A stretch of 64,000 bases of DNA. It comes from a bacterium. GTDB lineage: Bacteria > JADJOY01. Under the pieces are notes generated by a model. It did not search any database and was not told the DNA's origin. It was given only the letters and a program-made list of their open reading frames with translations. Shown piece after piece: positions 11,548 through 21,699 of this stretch (position 1 is the first letter of the stretch; each line of letters begins with the position of its first letter). The DNA lies in assembly GCA_046331705.1 (NCBI GenBank), contig JAXLQJ010000004.1:62001-126000 (forward strand). The letters run 5' to 3'. A program made the position numbers and the translations under genes.

Positions 11548-12936
11548 GTGCGAGTCCTGCTCGCCGTCCCTCCGCGCCCGCGCAGCCAGGTACTCCAGAT
11601 CCTGCCGCCGCTCGGGCTCGGCTATCTCGCCGCGGCGCTCGCGCGCGCCGGCCACCAGCCGAGGGTCGTCGATCTCACGCTGAGCGGGGCGATCTCGACG
11701 GTGGTACGACGCGCTCGACCGCTTCCGTCCGGAGCTGGTCGGCCTCACGGCCTTCACGTCCGACGTCTCGACGATCGAGCCGATGTGCGCGGTGGTCCGC
11801 CGTGCGCCGCCCGGCGTGCCGACGATCCTCGGTGGACCGCATGCGTCGGCGGCCGCCAGCGAGTCGTTGCGCGACATCGAGCCTCGACCTCGCGTTTCAG
11901 GGCGAGAGCGAGCGAGGCCTCGTCGCGATCGCGGATCGCATCGCCGACGGCCGAGCGCTCGACCCGGCGGGATCCCGGGCCTCACCGTTCGACGGGGCGA
12001 CGAGATCGTCTCGTCGGAGCCGCTTTTCAGCGACGATCTCGACGCCCTCGGGTTCCCCGCCTGGGAGTCGATCGATCCGCGTGCGTATCCAGCGCTTCCC
12101 CCGACGCTCTTCGTGCGCCAGCTTGACCGCCTGCGCCCATCATCGCTGACCGTGGTGCCGTACCGCTGTACGTTCTGCGCCGGCTTCACCGTCACGGGCC
12201 GAGCGATGCGAAGCCGCTCGGTCGAGCACGTGCTGAGCGAGATCGAGCACCTGCATCGCCGCTACGGCATCCGCGAGATCCACATCGAGGACGACAACTT
12301 CACGTGGGATCGCGACTACGTGATCCGGTTCAGCCGCGCCAGCCTGCGCTACGAGCAGGCTCGGCATCACGTGGACGATGCCGAACGGTGTGCGCCCCTC
12401 GAGACGCTCGAGCGCGAGATGCTGCGCCGAGATGCGCGCCAGGTGCTATGCGCTCATCGTGGGCATCGAGTCGGGATGCCGCCCCGGATCCTGGAAGCGC
12501 ATGCGCAAGGCGCTGTCGGTCCGCTGATCGAGGAGGAAGGTCCGCCTGGCGCGAAGCGGGGATTTACCGTGCACGGCTTCGCGCTGTGCTCGGCTACCCC
12601 GACGGGCCGGAACGTCGAGGGCGACGCTCGATCTGGCGCTCCGTCTCGACCTCACCGGCGCCAACTTCCACGGTTTCCGTCCGCTGCCGGGTACCCGCTC
12701 CGGCGAGGAGCTGGTGAGCCTGGGACGCATCGAAGGCTGGGCATCGATCCCGCTCGTGGCGGTTTCTCGAATCCCGTGGCAGCCGCGGGACGCTCTCGGT
12801 GGAATGGTTGAAGTCGATGCAACGCACGATGCTGGTTCGCTTCTACGGACGGCCGCGCATCTTGCTCCCGCACCTTGCGCGACGCGTGGACATCGGGCGC
12901 GACCTATCCGTTGATGCGCAACCCTCACGTATCTGA
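11548..12936 (+). CDS. B12-binding-domain radical SAM protein; frameshifted
   Basis: PPLGLGYLAAAL, ILGGPHAS, GESERG, PYRCTFC, RSRSVEHVLSEI, IHIEDDNFT, VGIESG. The end is approximate. Confidence 0.8.
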
Positions 12937-12990
12937 CATGATTCACGACGCACGCGCGCTCGCCGCCGAAACCCGCCGCCCCCAGGAACC

Positions 12991-13420
12991 ATGCCTCTGC
13001 AACTGGCCGGTGATCGGCGCTGGCACGTGCGATGGCGCGGTCTACGCGCTCGCGATGAAGTCCGGGCGCAGTCGCGCGCGCCGGGCGTGCTCTTGTGCGG
13101 CGGATTGGGCGGCGTGATGGAGAGCGGCCGCCCGCGGAGCCCGCCAGGGAGCGCGGCGTCACCGTCGGCATCCTGCCCACCCACGCGGCACCGCGCGAAC
13201 CCGCACATCCAGATCGCCATCGCGACCAACATGGGCCACGCGCGAAGCGTGGTGCTCGCGCACAGCGCGGACGCGTTCATCGCGGTGGCGGGCGAGTACG
13301 GCACGCTCTCCGAGATCGCCATCGCGCTCAAGCTCGGCAAGCGCGTGGTGGGCCTCAACACCAGGACCTCCCCGGCGTGATCCGCGCCGAGGATCCGGTG
13401 GGAGGCGATCCGCCTCGCCG
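12991..13420 (+). CDS. TIGR00725/LOG (lysine-decarboxylase-like) family nucleotide-binding protein; frameshifted
   Basis: VIGAG, LCGGLGGVME, TVGILP, ANPHIQIAIATNMGHARSVV, GEYGTLSEIAIALKLGKRVVGL. Confidence 0.8.
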
Positions 13421-13504
13421 TGAGCGGGCTCGACGAGCGCGGCGCGAGCGGCGCCGCGGCGTTCGCCTCTCCTCCTGGAACCCTCGACCTCGGGGTGCGC
13501 GACC

Positions 13505-15456
13505 ATGACCTCGCGACTGTGGACACCAACGCCGAACGCATCGCGTCCCGCCAGCCTCACGCGCTACCAGACGCAGCTCGAGGCGCGCTTGGGCCTCGCT
13601 TCGCCGACGACCACGAACAAACGTGGTCGATCCGACGATCGCGCGGCGTTCTGGAAGATCGATCTGGGACCTCGCCGAGGTCCGCACCCGCCAATCCGTG
13701 GGACGAGGTGCTGGTCGACGGTGATCGCATGCCGGGCGCGCGCTGGTTCACCGGGGCGAGGCTCAACTTCGCCGAGAACCTGCTGCGCCGCCGCGACATC
13801 ATCCCGCGCTGATCGCGCGCATGCGCGGAGGACGGCCGGCGCCGCGTGGTCAGCTACGCCGAGCTTCATTCCGCGGTCGCCGGCCTCGCGGCGTGGCTCG
13901 CCGACGCGGGGGTCGGCGTCGGCGATCGCGTGGCGGGGTTCGTGCCGAACGTCCCGGAAGCGGTCATCGCGATGCTCGCGACCACCAGCCTCGGTGCCGT
14001 CTGGTCGTCGTGCTCGCCCGACTTCGGTTTGCGTGGCGTGGTCGATCCGGTTCGGCCAGATCGAGCCCAAGGTGCTGATCACGGCCGACGCCTATCCGTA
14101 CGGCGGCAAGAGCCACGACTGCCTGGACCGGGCGCGGGGCTGGTGCGCGAGGTCGGATCGATCGAACGCGTGCCGGTGATCCATGCGGCGTCGCCGAGCC
14201 GAGCCTCGCCGATCTCGGTGCCGGCCGGAGCGCTTCGACGTGGCCATCGAGCGCGCGGCCGGCCGACCGCATGGCCTTCGCGGCGCTGCCTTTCGATCAC
14301 CCCATCTACATCCTCTACTCCTCGAGGACGACCGGCGTTCCCAAATGCATCGTCCACGGCGCCGGCGGCGCTGCTGCAGCACGTGAAGGAACAGTGGCTG
14401 CACGCCGACCTCAAGCGCGACGATCGCTTCTTCTACTTCACGACCTGCGGCTGGATGATGTGGAACTGGCTCGCCTCCGGTCTCGCCTCGGGTGCCACGC
14501 TGGTGCTGTGGGACGGCTCACCCTTCATCCCGGGGCCGACGCGCTGTGGCGCATGGCAGCCGAGGAAGGCGTCACGATCTTCGGCACCAGCGCCAAGTAC
14601 CTCGCCGCGGTCGAGAAGGAGGGTGTGCGACCGGGCGCCGAGCGACCTCCACGCGCTGCGCACGGTGCTCTCGACTGGCTCGCCGTTGCTGCACGAGAGC
14701 TTCGAGTACGTGTACCGCGAGGTGAAGCGCGACGTGCACTGGCCTCGATCTCGGGCGGCACCGACATCGTGTCGTGCTTCGTGCTCGGCAATCCGCGCTT
14801 GCCCGTCGTGGCGCCGAGATCCAGTGTCCAGGGGCTCGGCATGGCAGTGGATGCGTTCGACGACGCCGGCGCATCCGTCACCGGCAGACCGGGCGAGCTC
14901 GTCTGCACGCGGGCTTTCCCGTCGATGCCCGTGGGATTCTGGAACGATCCGGACGACAAGCGCTACCGAGCGGCCTACTTCGAGCGCTTCCCGGGGATCT
15001 GGACGCACGGCGACTTGATCGAGATCACGGAGCGCGGCGGCGTGGTCGTGTACGGGCGATCCGACGCGACTCTCAACGGGCGGCGTCCGGATCGGCACCG
15101 CGGAGATCTATCGTCCGCGTGGAGGCCTGCCCGAGGTCGCGGACAGCCTGGTGATCGATTCCAGGACTGGCAGGGCGACGTGCGCGTGGTGCTGTTCGTG
15201 AGCAGCGCCCGGACGTGCGTTTCGACGCGACGCTGGAAGCCAAGATCCGGAAGACCATCCGCGACAACGCGAGCCCGCGCCACGTGCCGGCGAAGATCGT
15301 CCCCGTCGCCGACATCCATTACACGCGTTCGGGCAAGAAGGTCGAGCTGGCGGTGCGGAACCTCGTCCACGGCAAGCCCGTGGAAAATCGCCGAGGCGCT
15401 CGCGAATCCGGACGTGCTCGAGCTCTACCCGCGACCTGCCGATCCTCAAGGCCTGA
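13505..15456 (+). CDS. Acetoacetate--CoA ligase; multiple frameshifts
   Basis: MPGARWFTGARLNFAENLL, GDRVAG...LGAVWSSCSPDFG, FGQIEPKVL, LPFDHPIYILYSSxTTGVPKCIVHG, YFTTCGWMMWNWL, SISGGTDIVSCF, PSMPVGFWND, WTHGD, SPRHVP, TRSGKKVELAV, ALANP. Confidence 0.9.
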
Positions 15457-15551
15457 CGGGCCGATCGCGACACAGGCGCGCAACTCGTTCCGCGCGAAGA
15501 CCTGCGCGCGGGGATGGGCACGCGTAGCGCTACGGTCTATGATCCCGCGCC

Positions 15552-17061
15552 ATGCAACGGGCACGCATTCGTCCGATCGCGTTGTTCGTGTGTGGCGCGC
15601 TCCTTGAGCATGCTCGGCGCGGCCACCAGCCGCGCGGGCTACATCGAGACCATCGCTGTTCGGGCCGCGCGAAGCGGGATGGGCGGCGCCGCCACCGCCG
15701 TGGCGGACAGCGCCTCGCTTGGTACTACAACCCGGCGGGGCTCGGTCAGCTCGAGCAAGAAGACATCCAGGAAGTCGGCCTCGCAAGTGGTGCTGCCGTT
15801 CGTGACGCAACGTTCGTCGGCGGCCGAGGGCGGCGCGAGCCACGACATCACCCCTTGCATCTACAACGTCTACTTCCCGGGCACGTTCCGCGTCGGCGTT
15901 CCCGGGCTCGTCTTCGATCTCGGCGGTGGGACGACCTGGGGCACGGCGATCGAGTGGGACCAGGATCACGAGGCCGTTGCGCTACTCGGCGTACGAGACG
16001 AGCACCTTCGTCGAGACGCTCTACTTCACCGTCGGCTACCACATCGGCGAGTCGGGCTTCTACGTCAACGCCACCTTCAACGTGAGCGCTTCGCCAGATG
16101 GAGAACCGTCAGAAGCTCGGCGACGGCTTCTTCACCGACGCCGCGATCGCGGACATCGGCGTGGACCCTGCCGTTCCTGCGCGAGCTGCTCGACTCGAAG
16201 AACGGCGTCGACGACGGGAAGTTCGAGATCCAGAGCGACCAAGAATTCCCCACCGGCCTCGCCCCTCCGCGAACACCCTCGACATCGACTTCGCCCATGG
16301 CCACCACGCTGGGCTTGCTGTTTCGGAAACCGGGCGTGCCGTTCGGCTACGGCATCCGTATCGCGACCTGATGGCGGTGGACTACGGTACGCCGCCGTGA
16401 TCTGGGCCGACGACGTGGCGCGACTGGTGAACGACAACCCGCTGCTCGTGAGCCTGAACGGCGGGCCGCTCATCGACGAGGCCACGCATTTCGCTACCGG
16501 ATCATCTTCCCCGACAGGTGGCCGTGGGCATCGTATCGCCCGTCCGAAAGGGCTGCTCGTCGCCGTCGACGGGGTGTGGACCAACTGGGCGACCGCCTGG
16601 ACAAGCAGCGCATCCAGTTCCTGGGCGACGGGCTGCTCGGCGTGAAGGAGCGGCTCTTCGAGGCGGCAGTTCGGCAACCTGCCGTTCTCCGTGCGCACGG
16701 GCATCGAGTATCGGGTCACCGCGGACGTGAGGGTCCAGGCCGGCTTCTGGTACGACCCGACACCGGTACCCAAGACCACTGTCGACTTCCGGCACGCTCG
16801 ACGGTACGCGTTTCATCTACAGCCTGGGCTGCACGTGGCGCGAGTTCCTTCATCACAGCCTCGACGAGCCCGCGCTCCGCGGGGCCTCGACCTGTCGACG
16901 GTGGCGCAGCTCCTCCACTATCCGTCGCGCAAGTTCGCCGTGGGCCAGAGCGTCAACCTCGGTGGCAGCAAGGACTTCTCGACCACCGTCAACGACTTTC
17001 CGCTCGAGCTCGAGGCGCTGGCGCTGTCGCTCGGCACGCCACGCTGATCTATCGCTACTGA
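15552..17061 (+). CDS. FadL/OmpP1 family outer-membrane hydrophobic-substrate transporter; frameshifted
   Basis: After a signal peptide, the N-terminal hatch motif GMGGAATAVADSA...YYNPAGL; C-terminal TGIEYRV...VQAGFWYDPTPVP; ends TLIYRY-stop. Confidence 0.7.
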
Positions 17062-17121
17062 ACGAAGCGACGCGACCCCGCGCGGGCTCGCGCCGCGCGC
17101 TTCGATCCCGACTCGCCGCCG

Positions 17122-17755
17122 ATGACCCACGACCAGAAACCGAAACCGCCCCCGGAACGAAGACCCGCCACTGCAACGGATCCTGGAAGGGCCGAGTCGG
17201 CCTTCTGCCGCAACGGATTCAGCGGCGCCAACCTCGCGGAGATCGCGGAGCGCGTGGGAATCCGCAAGGCCTCGCTCTACTACCACTTCCCGACCAAGGC
17301 CGGAAATCCGTTCGAGTTGCGCGTCTGCTGCGCGACCTCGAGATGCTGGTGGCGGCGATCAACGGCCCGGCACGCCGGCCGAACAGATCGAGCACCTCAC
17401 CGACTCGTTCGTCGATCTCATCGCTCGCAAGCCGCAGTTCGCGATCCTCGCGTTTCGCGAGCTGGTGGACCACAACATCGACATCGCCACGTTGCTCAGC
17501 GATCACGTTCATCCCATGCTGCGGGTCGTCACCGAGTACGTGCGCGCCGGGCAAGAACGCGGCGAGTTCCAGCGCTTCGATCCGCCCGCGGTGCTCATCG
17601 GAAGCGTGGGGATGATCCTCTTCTACTTTGCTGCCGCGCCGGTCGTGCTGGCCGGCTACCTGCCAGCCGAGCGCGGCGAGTGGATTTCCTCGGCGCTCAA
17701 GGACGAGGTCCGCCGGCTGGTGCGCCGCGCGGTGCTCGCCGAATCCCCGCGCTGA
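17122..17755 (+). CDS. TetR/AcrR family transcriptional regulator; frameshifts in the 5' half
   Basis: HTH motif GFSGANLAEIAERVGIRKASLYYHFPTK. The C-terminal part is in ORF 17465-17755 (GQERGEFQRFDP). Confidence 0.85.
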
Positions 17756-17897
17756 AGGACATCTCGCGCTGCCCGCGGATCGAGCGAGAACGCGACCCTC
17801 ACGCACACCGTCGACGACATCGAGTGGCGATCCGGCTTCCTCGTTCCGCGCGACGCCGGCCTCGCCTTCCACGACACCCGCCACCACCGAGAGGACC

Positions 17898-18725
17898 ATG
17901 AGCTCGCCCAAGCCCGCCGACAGCCCCTCCAATCGTTCGGCGATCTTCGCCCCCGACCTCCTCACCGGCCAGGTCGCCTTGGTCACCGGCGGTGGAACGG
18001 GAATCGGCCAGGCGATCGCGCGCGAGCTGGGCAGGCTCGGCGCCCGGATCGTGATCGCGAGCCGCAAGCTCGACGTGGTGGAAAAGGCCGCCGCCGAGCT
18101 GCGCGACGAAGGCCTCGCCTGCGACGCGCTTGCGCTCGACATTCGCGCCCCCGAGCGGGTCGCCGAGGTCGTGTCCGCGATCCTCGCCAAGCACGGGCGC
18201 ATCGACGTGCTCGTCAACAACGCCGGCGGGCAGTTCCCGTCGCCCGCGGCCGCCATCAGCACCAATGGCTGGAACGCGGTGATCTCCACCAACCTGAACG
18301 GCACCTGGTACGTCACCCAGGAGGTGGCGCGCCAGTGGATGTTGGCGAACGGCGGCAAGATCGTGTCGATCGTCGCCGACATGTGGCGCGGCTTTCCGGG
18401 CATGGTGCACACCGGTGCCGCGCGCGCCGGCGTCGTGAACCTCACGAAGACGCTGGCGGTGGAGTGGGCGCCGTTCGGAGTGCGGATCAACGCGGTGGCG
18501 CCCGGCATCATCGCCTCTTCGGGGCTCACGCGCTATCCACCCGAGGTGGCCGCCAACGCGTGGAAGAGCATCCCCATGAAGCGGCTCGGGACCGTCGACG
18601 AGATCGCGTGGGCGGTCGCGTTCCTGGTCTCGCCGGCCGGCGCGTTCATCACCGGCGAGACGATGAAGATCGACGGTGGCGGCTCGCTGTGGGGCGACCG
18701 CTGGCCGGTACCCGATCCCGAATGA
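17898..18725 (+). CDS. SDR family oxidoreductase (trans-2-enoyl-CoA/2,4-dienoyl-CoA reductase-like)
   Basis: VTGGGTGIG, NNAGGQF, GMVHTGAARAGV, INAVAPG, IPMKRLG, DGG. GAGGA RBS before ATG 17898. Confidence 0.9.
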   Translation: MSSPKPADSPSNRSAIFAPDLLTGQVALVTGGGTGIGQAIARELGRLGARIVIASRKLDVVEKAAAELRDEGLACDALALDIRAPERVAEVVSAILAKHGRIDVLVNNAGGQFPSPAAAISTNGWNAVISTNLNGTWYVTQEVARQWMLANGGKIVSIVADMWRGFPGMVHTGAARAGVVNLTKTLAVEWAPFGVRINAVAPGIIASSGLTRYPPEVAANAWKSIPMKRLGTVDEIAWAVAFLVSPAGAFITGETMKIDGGGSLWGDRWPVPDPE

Positions 18726-18834
18726 TCCACCGCGCTCCCGGCTCACGACGCGAGCGCGGCACTCGGAGCCGACCCGCTCGGCGCGACTGGTAAGCTTGCC
18801 GGCCCTTCCCCACGACCGCCACGAGACCCCAGGT

Positions 18835-20166
18835 ATGTCCACCGCCCCCGCGACCGCCACGCACCCGACGCCGCGCGTCGCGGATGCGTTCTCGTTCCAG
18901 CGCAACCTGCGCGCGCTGCTGGTCCCCTCGCCAGTCCAGATCGTGGCGCTCGATGGCCTGCGCGCGCTCTCGGTCGTGTGGGTGACGGCGTACCACGTCG
19001 CCTACGCCACCCAGTTCTTCATCGATCCGGAGCGTTTCGCCGCGATCGAGACGGCGGGCGTGCTGCTCCCGATCACCTACGGCGCCCACTACGCGATCGA
19101 CATCTTCTTCGTGCTGAGCGGCTTCCTCATCGCGCAGTTGCTGCTGACGGAGAAGGCGCGCTACGGCGGCATCTCGCTGGGCCGCTTCTACGCTCGCCGC
19201 GCCATGCGGCTGCTACCCGCCTACTACCCGGCGATGCTCTTCCTCTACCTGGTCGAGCCCTCGCAGGTGAAGGACGCCGTGCTCGATTTCCGTCATCTGC
19301 TGGGAATCGACTGGCAGATCGACCTCGGCATCCGAAACTTCTGGGCGAACGTCCTCTACTTCAACAACCTGCTGCCCTGGGACCGTCAGTACATGGGCTG
19401 GTCGTGGACGCTGGCGATCGAAGAGCAGTTCTACATCACGTTCCCGCTGCTGCTGCTCTTCCTGTTCCGGCGCAAGTGGAACCTGCTCCCGGTCTTCTAC
19501 GCGATGCTGGCGCTGGCCTTCGTGGCGCGGGCGCTGGTCGCGATCTTCGTGCTTCCGCACTCGGACGTGCAGAACGCCCTCTTCGTGAAGACCCACACCC
19601 GATACGGCAGCATCGTCCTCGGCGTGATCTGCGCGTATCACTATCTGGGACGCACGGACGACGCCGCGCGGCGACGTTTCACGCGGTGGCTGGGCATCTG
19701 GCCGATCCTGGCCGCGGTGCTCATCATCCTGTGGAAGCGTACGGGGATCGCCCTCGGCCTGCGCGAGATCGTGATTCGCTCCTCGCACCACTACATGGTC
19801 GGATCGATGGTGGCGTGGATCGTGATGCTGGTGGTGACGAAGGAGAAGGGGTGGTTCGCGCGGCTCGTCGCGCGCGTCCTCTCGAATCGTGTGCTGTTCG
19901 TGGTCGGGCAGGTCTCGTACTCCACCTACCTGCTCCACCTCACGATCATCGGCCTCGTGTATCGCTACGTCCACGCGCATCACCCGTTCGGCCTCGCGGT
20001 GCCCACGACCACCACGGGGGTGCTGTGGTGGTGCTTGCCGATCGTCGTGATCAGTTGTCTCGCCGCCGTTCCGATGTATCTGTTCGTCGAGCACCCGTTC
20101 ATGGTGCTGCGCAACATCTGGTTCCGGCGCCCGCAGGCGCCGGCGTCCCCGCGGCCGTCGGGCTGA
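18835..20166 (+). CDS. Acyltransferase-3 (OafA/YrhL) family membrane O-acyltransferase
   Basis: LDGLRAL, DIFFVLSGFLI, FYARRAMRLLPAY, WTLAIEEQFY, SYSTYLLH, FVEHP; many TM segments. Confidence 0.9.
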   Translation: MSTAPATATHPTPRVADAFSFQRNLRALLVPSPVQIVALDGLRALSVVWVTAYHVAYATQFFIDPERFAAIETAGVLLPITYGAHYAIDIFFVLSGFLIAQLLLTEKARYGGISLGRFYARRAMRLLPAYYPAMLFLYLVEPSQVKDAVLDFRHLLGIDWQIDLGIRNFWANVLYFNNLLPWDRQYMGWSWTLAIEEQFYITFPLLLLFLFRRKWNLLPVFYAMLALAFVARALVAIFVLPHSDVQNALFVKTHTRYGSIVLGVICAYHYLGRTDDAARRRFTRWLGIWPILAAVLIILWKRTGIALGLREIVIRSSHHYMVGSMVAWIVMLVVTKEKGWFARLVARVLSNRVLFVVGQVSYSTYLLHLTIIGLVYRYVHAHHPFGLAVPTTTTGVLWWCLPIVVISCLAAVPMYLFVEHPFMVLRNIWFRRPQAPASPRPSG

Positions 20167-20195
20167 GCGCTCCGGGACTGGCGCGCTGCCGTGAG

Positions 20196-21551
20196 CTACG
20201 GCGCCGCGTCCAGGATCACCGGCATGCCGTCGGAAGGTGCGAGCACCGTCGAGGTGCGCGTGACGCCCGGCTCGAAGCCGGGCACCGCTCGCGGCACCAC
20301 CCGTTGCAGCGCCGCGGCGATGATGATCTTCATCTCGTAGTACGCGAACGACATCCCCACGCACAGCCGGGTACCGCCGCCGAACGGGTAGAACGCGTAC
20401 GGATTGACGCGCGTCCCGACGAAGCGCCGCGGATCGAATCGCTCCGGCTCTGGCCAGACGTCCGGCCGCCGGTGAGTCAGATAGGTCGACGCGATCACGC
20501 AGGTGTCCTTGGGGAGCTCCCGATCGCCGACCCGCGCCGGGGCCCGTAGATCGCGCGCCATCAGTGGCAGGATCGGAAAGAGGCGCAGGGTCTCCTTGAT
20601 CACGCCCTCCAGGTACTCGAGCCTGGCGACGTCGTCGGGGCGGATCGGCCCCGAGCCTGCGACGCGACCGACCTCCTCGCGCGCGGCCGCGAGGACTTCG
20701 GGATGCTTGGTCAAGCGGTAGAAGGTCCAGGCCAACGTCGTCGCGGTGGTCTCGTGGCCAGCGAGCAGCAACGTGACGAGTTGATCGCGCAGCGATCGGT
20801 CGGGGAGCGTGTTGCCGGCCTCGTCCTTGGCGCAGACCAGCAGGTGCAGCACGTCCTCGCGCGGCACGCCGTTGGCGGCATCGGAGCGGGACCGCGCGAT
20901 CTCCTCGTAGAGGATCGCGTCGATCTTCGAGAGCAGCGGGCGAAAGAAGCCGAGCTTCGCCTGGATGAGCGGAAACCATTCGGTGCGCGTCATCACGTCC
21001 AGACAGAGGCCACGCAGGCGTTCGAATCGCTCGCCCTTCTGCACTCCGAAGACCGTACGCATCACGACATCCAGGCTGATCTCGTGGACGGCGGGGTTGA
21101 TGGGGAAGGCCGCGCCGCGCGGCCAGCGCCGGATCGCCTCTTCGGCGATCTCGCGGATCACGTCGCCGTAGGCGCGCATCCGCGCTCCGGTGAAGGGCGG
21201 CGCCACGAGTCGACGCAAGTACGTGTGGCGGTCGCCGTCGGCGAGGAAGATCGACTCCTTTCCGACCACCGGTCCCGTGATCGCATTCGACACGCCGCCG
21301 TAGAAGACGTTCGGATCGCCCGCGAGGATCTCCTTCACTTGATCCGGATGGGAGAAGACGACCGACGGCGGAGCGCCGGGGAAGCGGATCGTGAACGGCT
21401 CACCCAGCTTCGCGTGGCACTCGTCGAGGAACGGGATCGGCTCGCGAGCCCAGCGGTAGAACTGACGGTAGGGGGAGATCGGCAGCGAGGGAGGAAGCGC
21501 GGTCATGGCGAGCTCCACGGCGTGGGGAAGACGAGCGTCGGAAACCTTCAT
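20196..21551 (-). CDS. Cytochrome P450
   Basis: I-helix AGHETT, ExxR (ETLR), PERFDP, heme motif PFGGGTRLCVG. The start is ATG 21551 or 21506. Confidence 0.93.
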   Translation of the reverse strand: MKVSDARLPHAVELAMTALPPSLPISPYRQFYRWAREPIPFLDECHAKLGEPFTIRFPGAPPSVVFSHPDQVKEILAGDPNVFYGGVSNAITGPVVGKESIFLADGDRHTYLRRLVAPPFTGARMRAYGDVIREIAEEAIRRWPRGAAFPINPAVHEISLDVVMRTVFGVQKGERFERLRGLCLDVMTRTEWFPLIQAKLGFFRPLLSKIDAILYEEIARSRSDAANGVPREDVLHLLVCAKDEAGNTLPDRSLRDQLVTLLLAGHETTATTLAWTFYRLTKHPEVLAAAREEVGRVAGSGPIRPDDVARLEYLEGVIKETLRLFPILPLMARDLRAPARVGDRELPKDTCVIASTYLTHRRPDVWPEPERFDPRRFVGTRVNPYAFYPFGGGTRLCVGMSFAYYEMKIIIAAALQRVVPRAVPGFEPGVTRTSTVLAPSDGMPVILDAAP

Positions 21552-21699
21552 GTTCCAGCCGCCGCCGCTCGCGCCACCGTGCCGCACGTCACACGCATCG
21601 TCCGCGCCGTGCTCCCAGCGTGGAATCCATCCCCGCACGCGGTAGTCTTGCGCGCTGGCCCGCGCTCGCTTGCGCGGCCAGCTCGAAAGGAAGCCACTG

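Noticed and set aside
1-17400. Programmed frameshifting or genuine pseudogenes as the cause of the broken ORFs
   Set aside because: The shifts are too frequent, affect unrelated genes alike and end abruptly; consensus error is the simpler explanation.
17756-17897. Intergenic stretch that reads like a coding remnant (ENATLTHTVDDIEWRSGF...)
   Set aside because: It has no start codon or RBS and is too short to assign.
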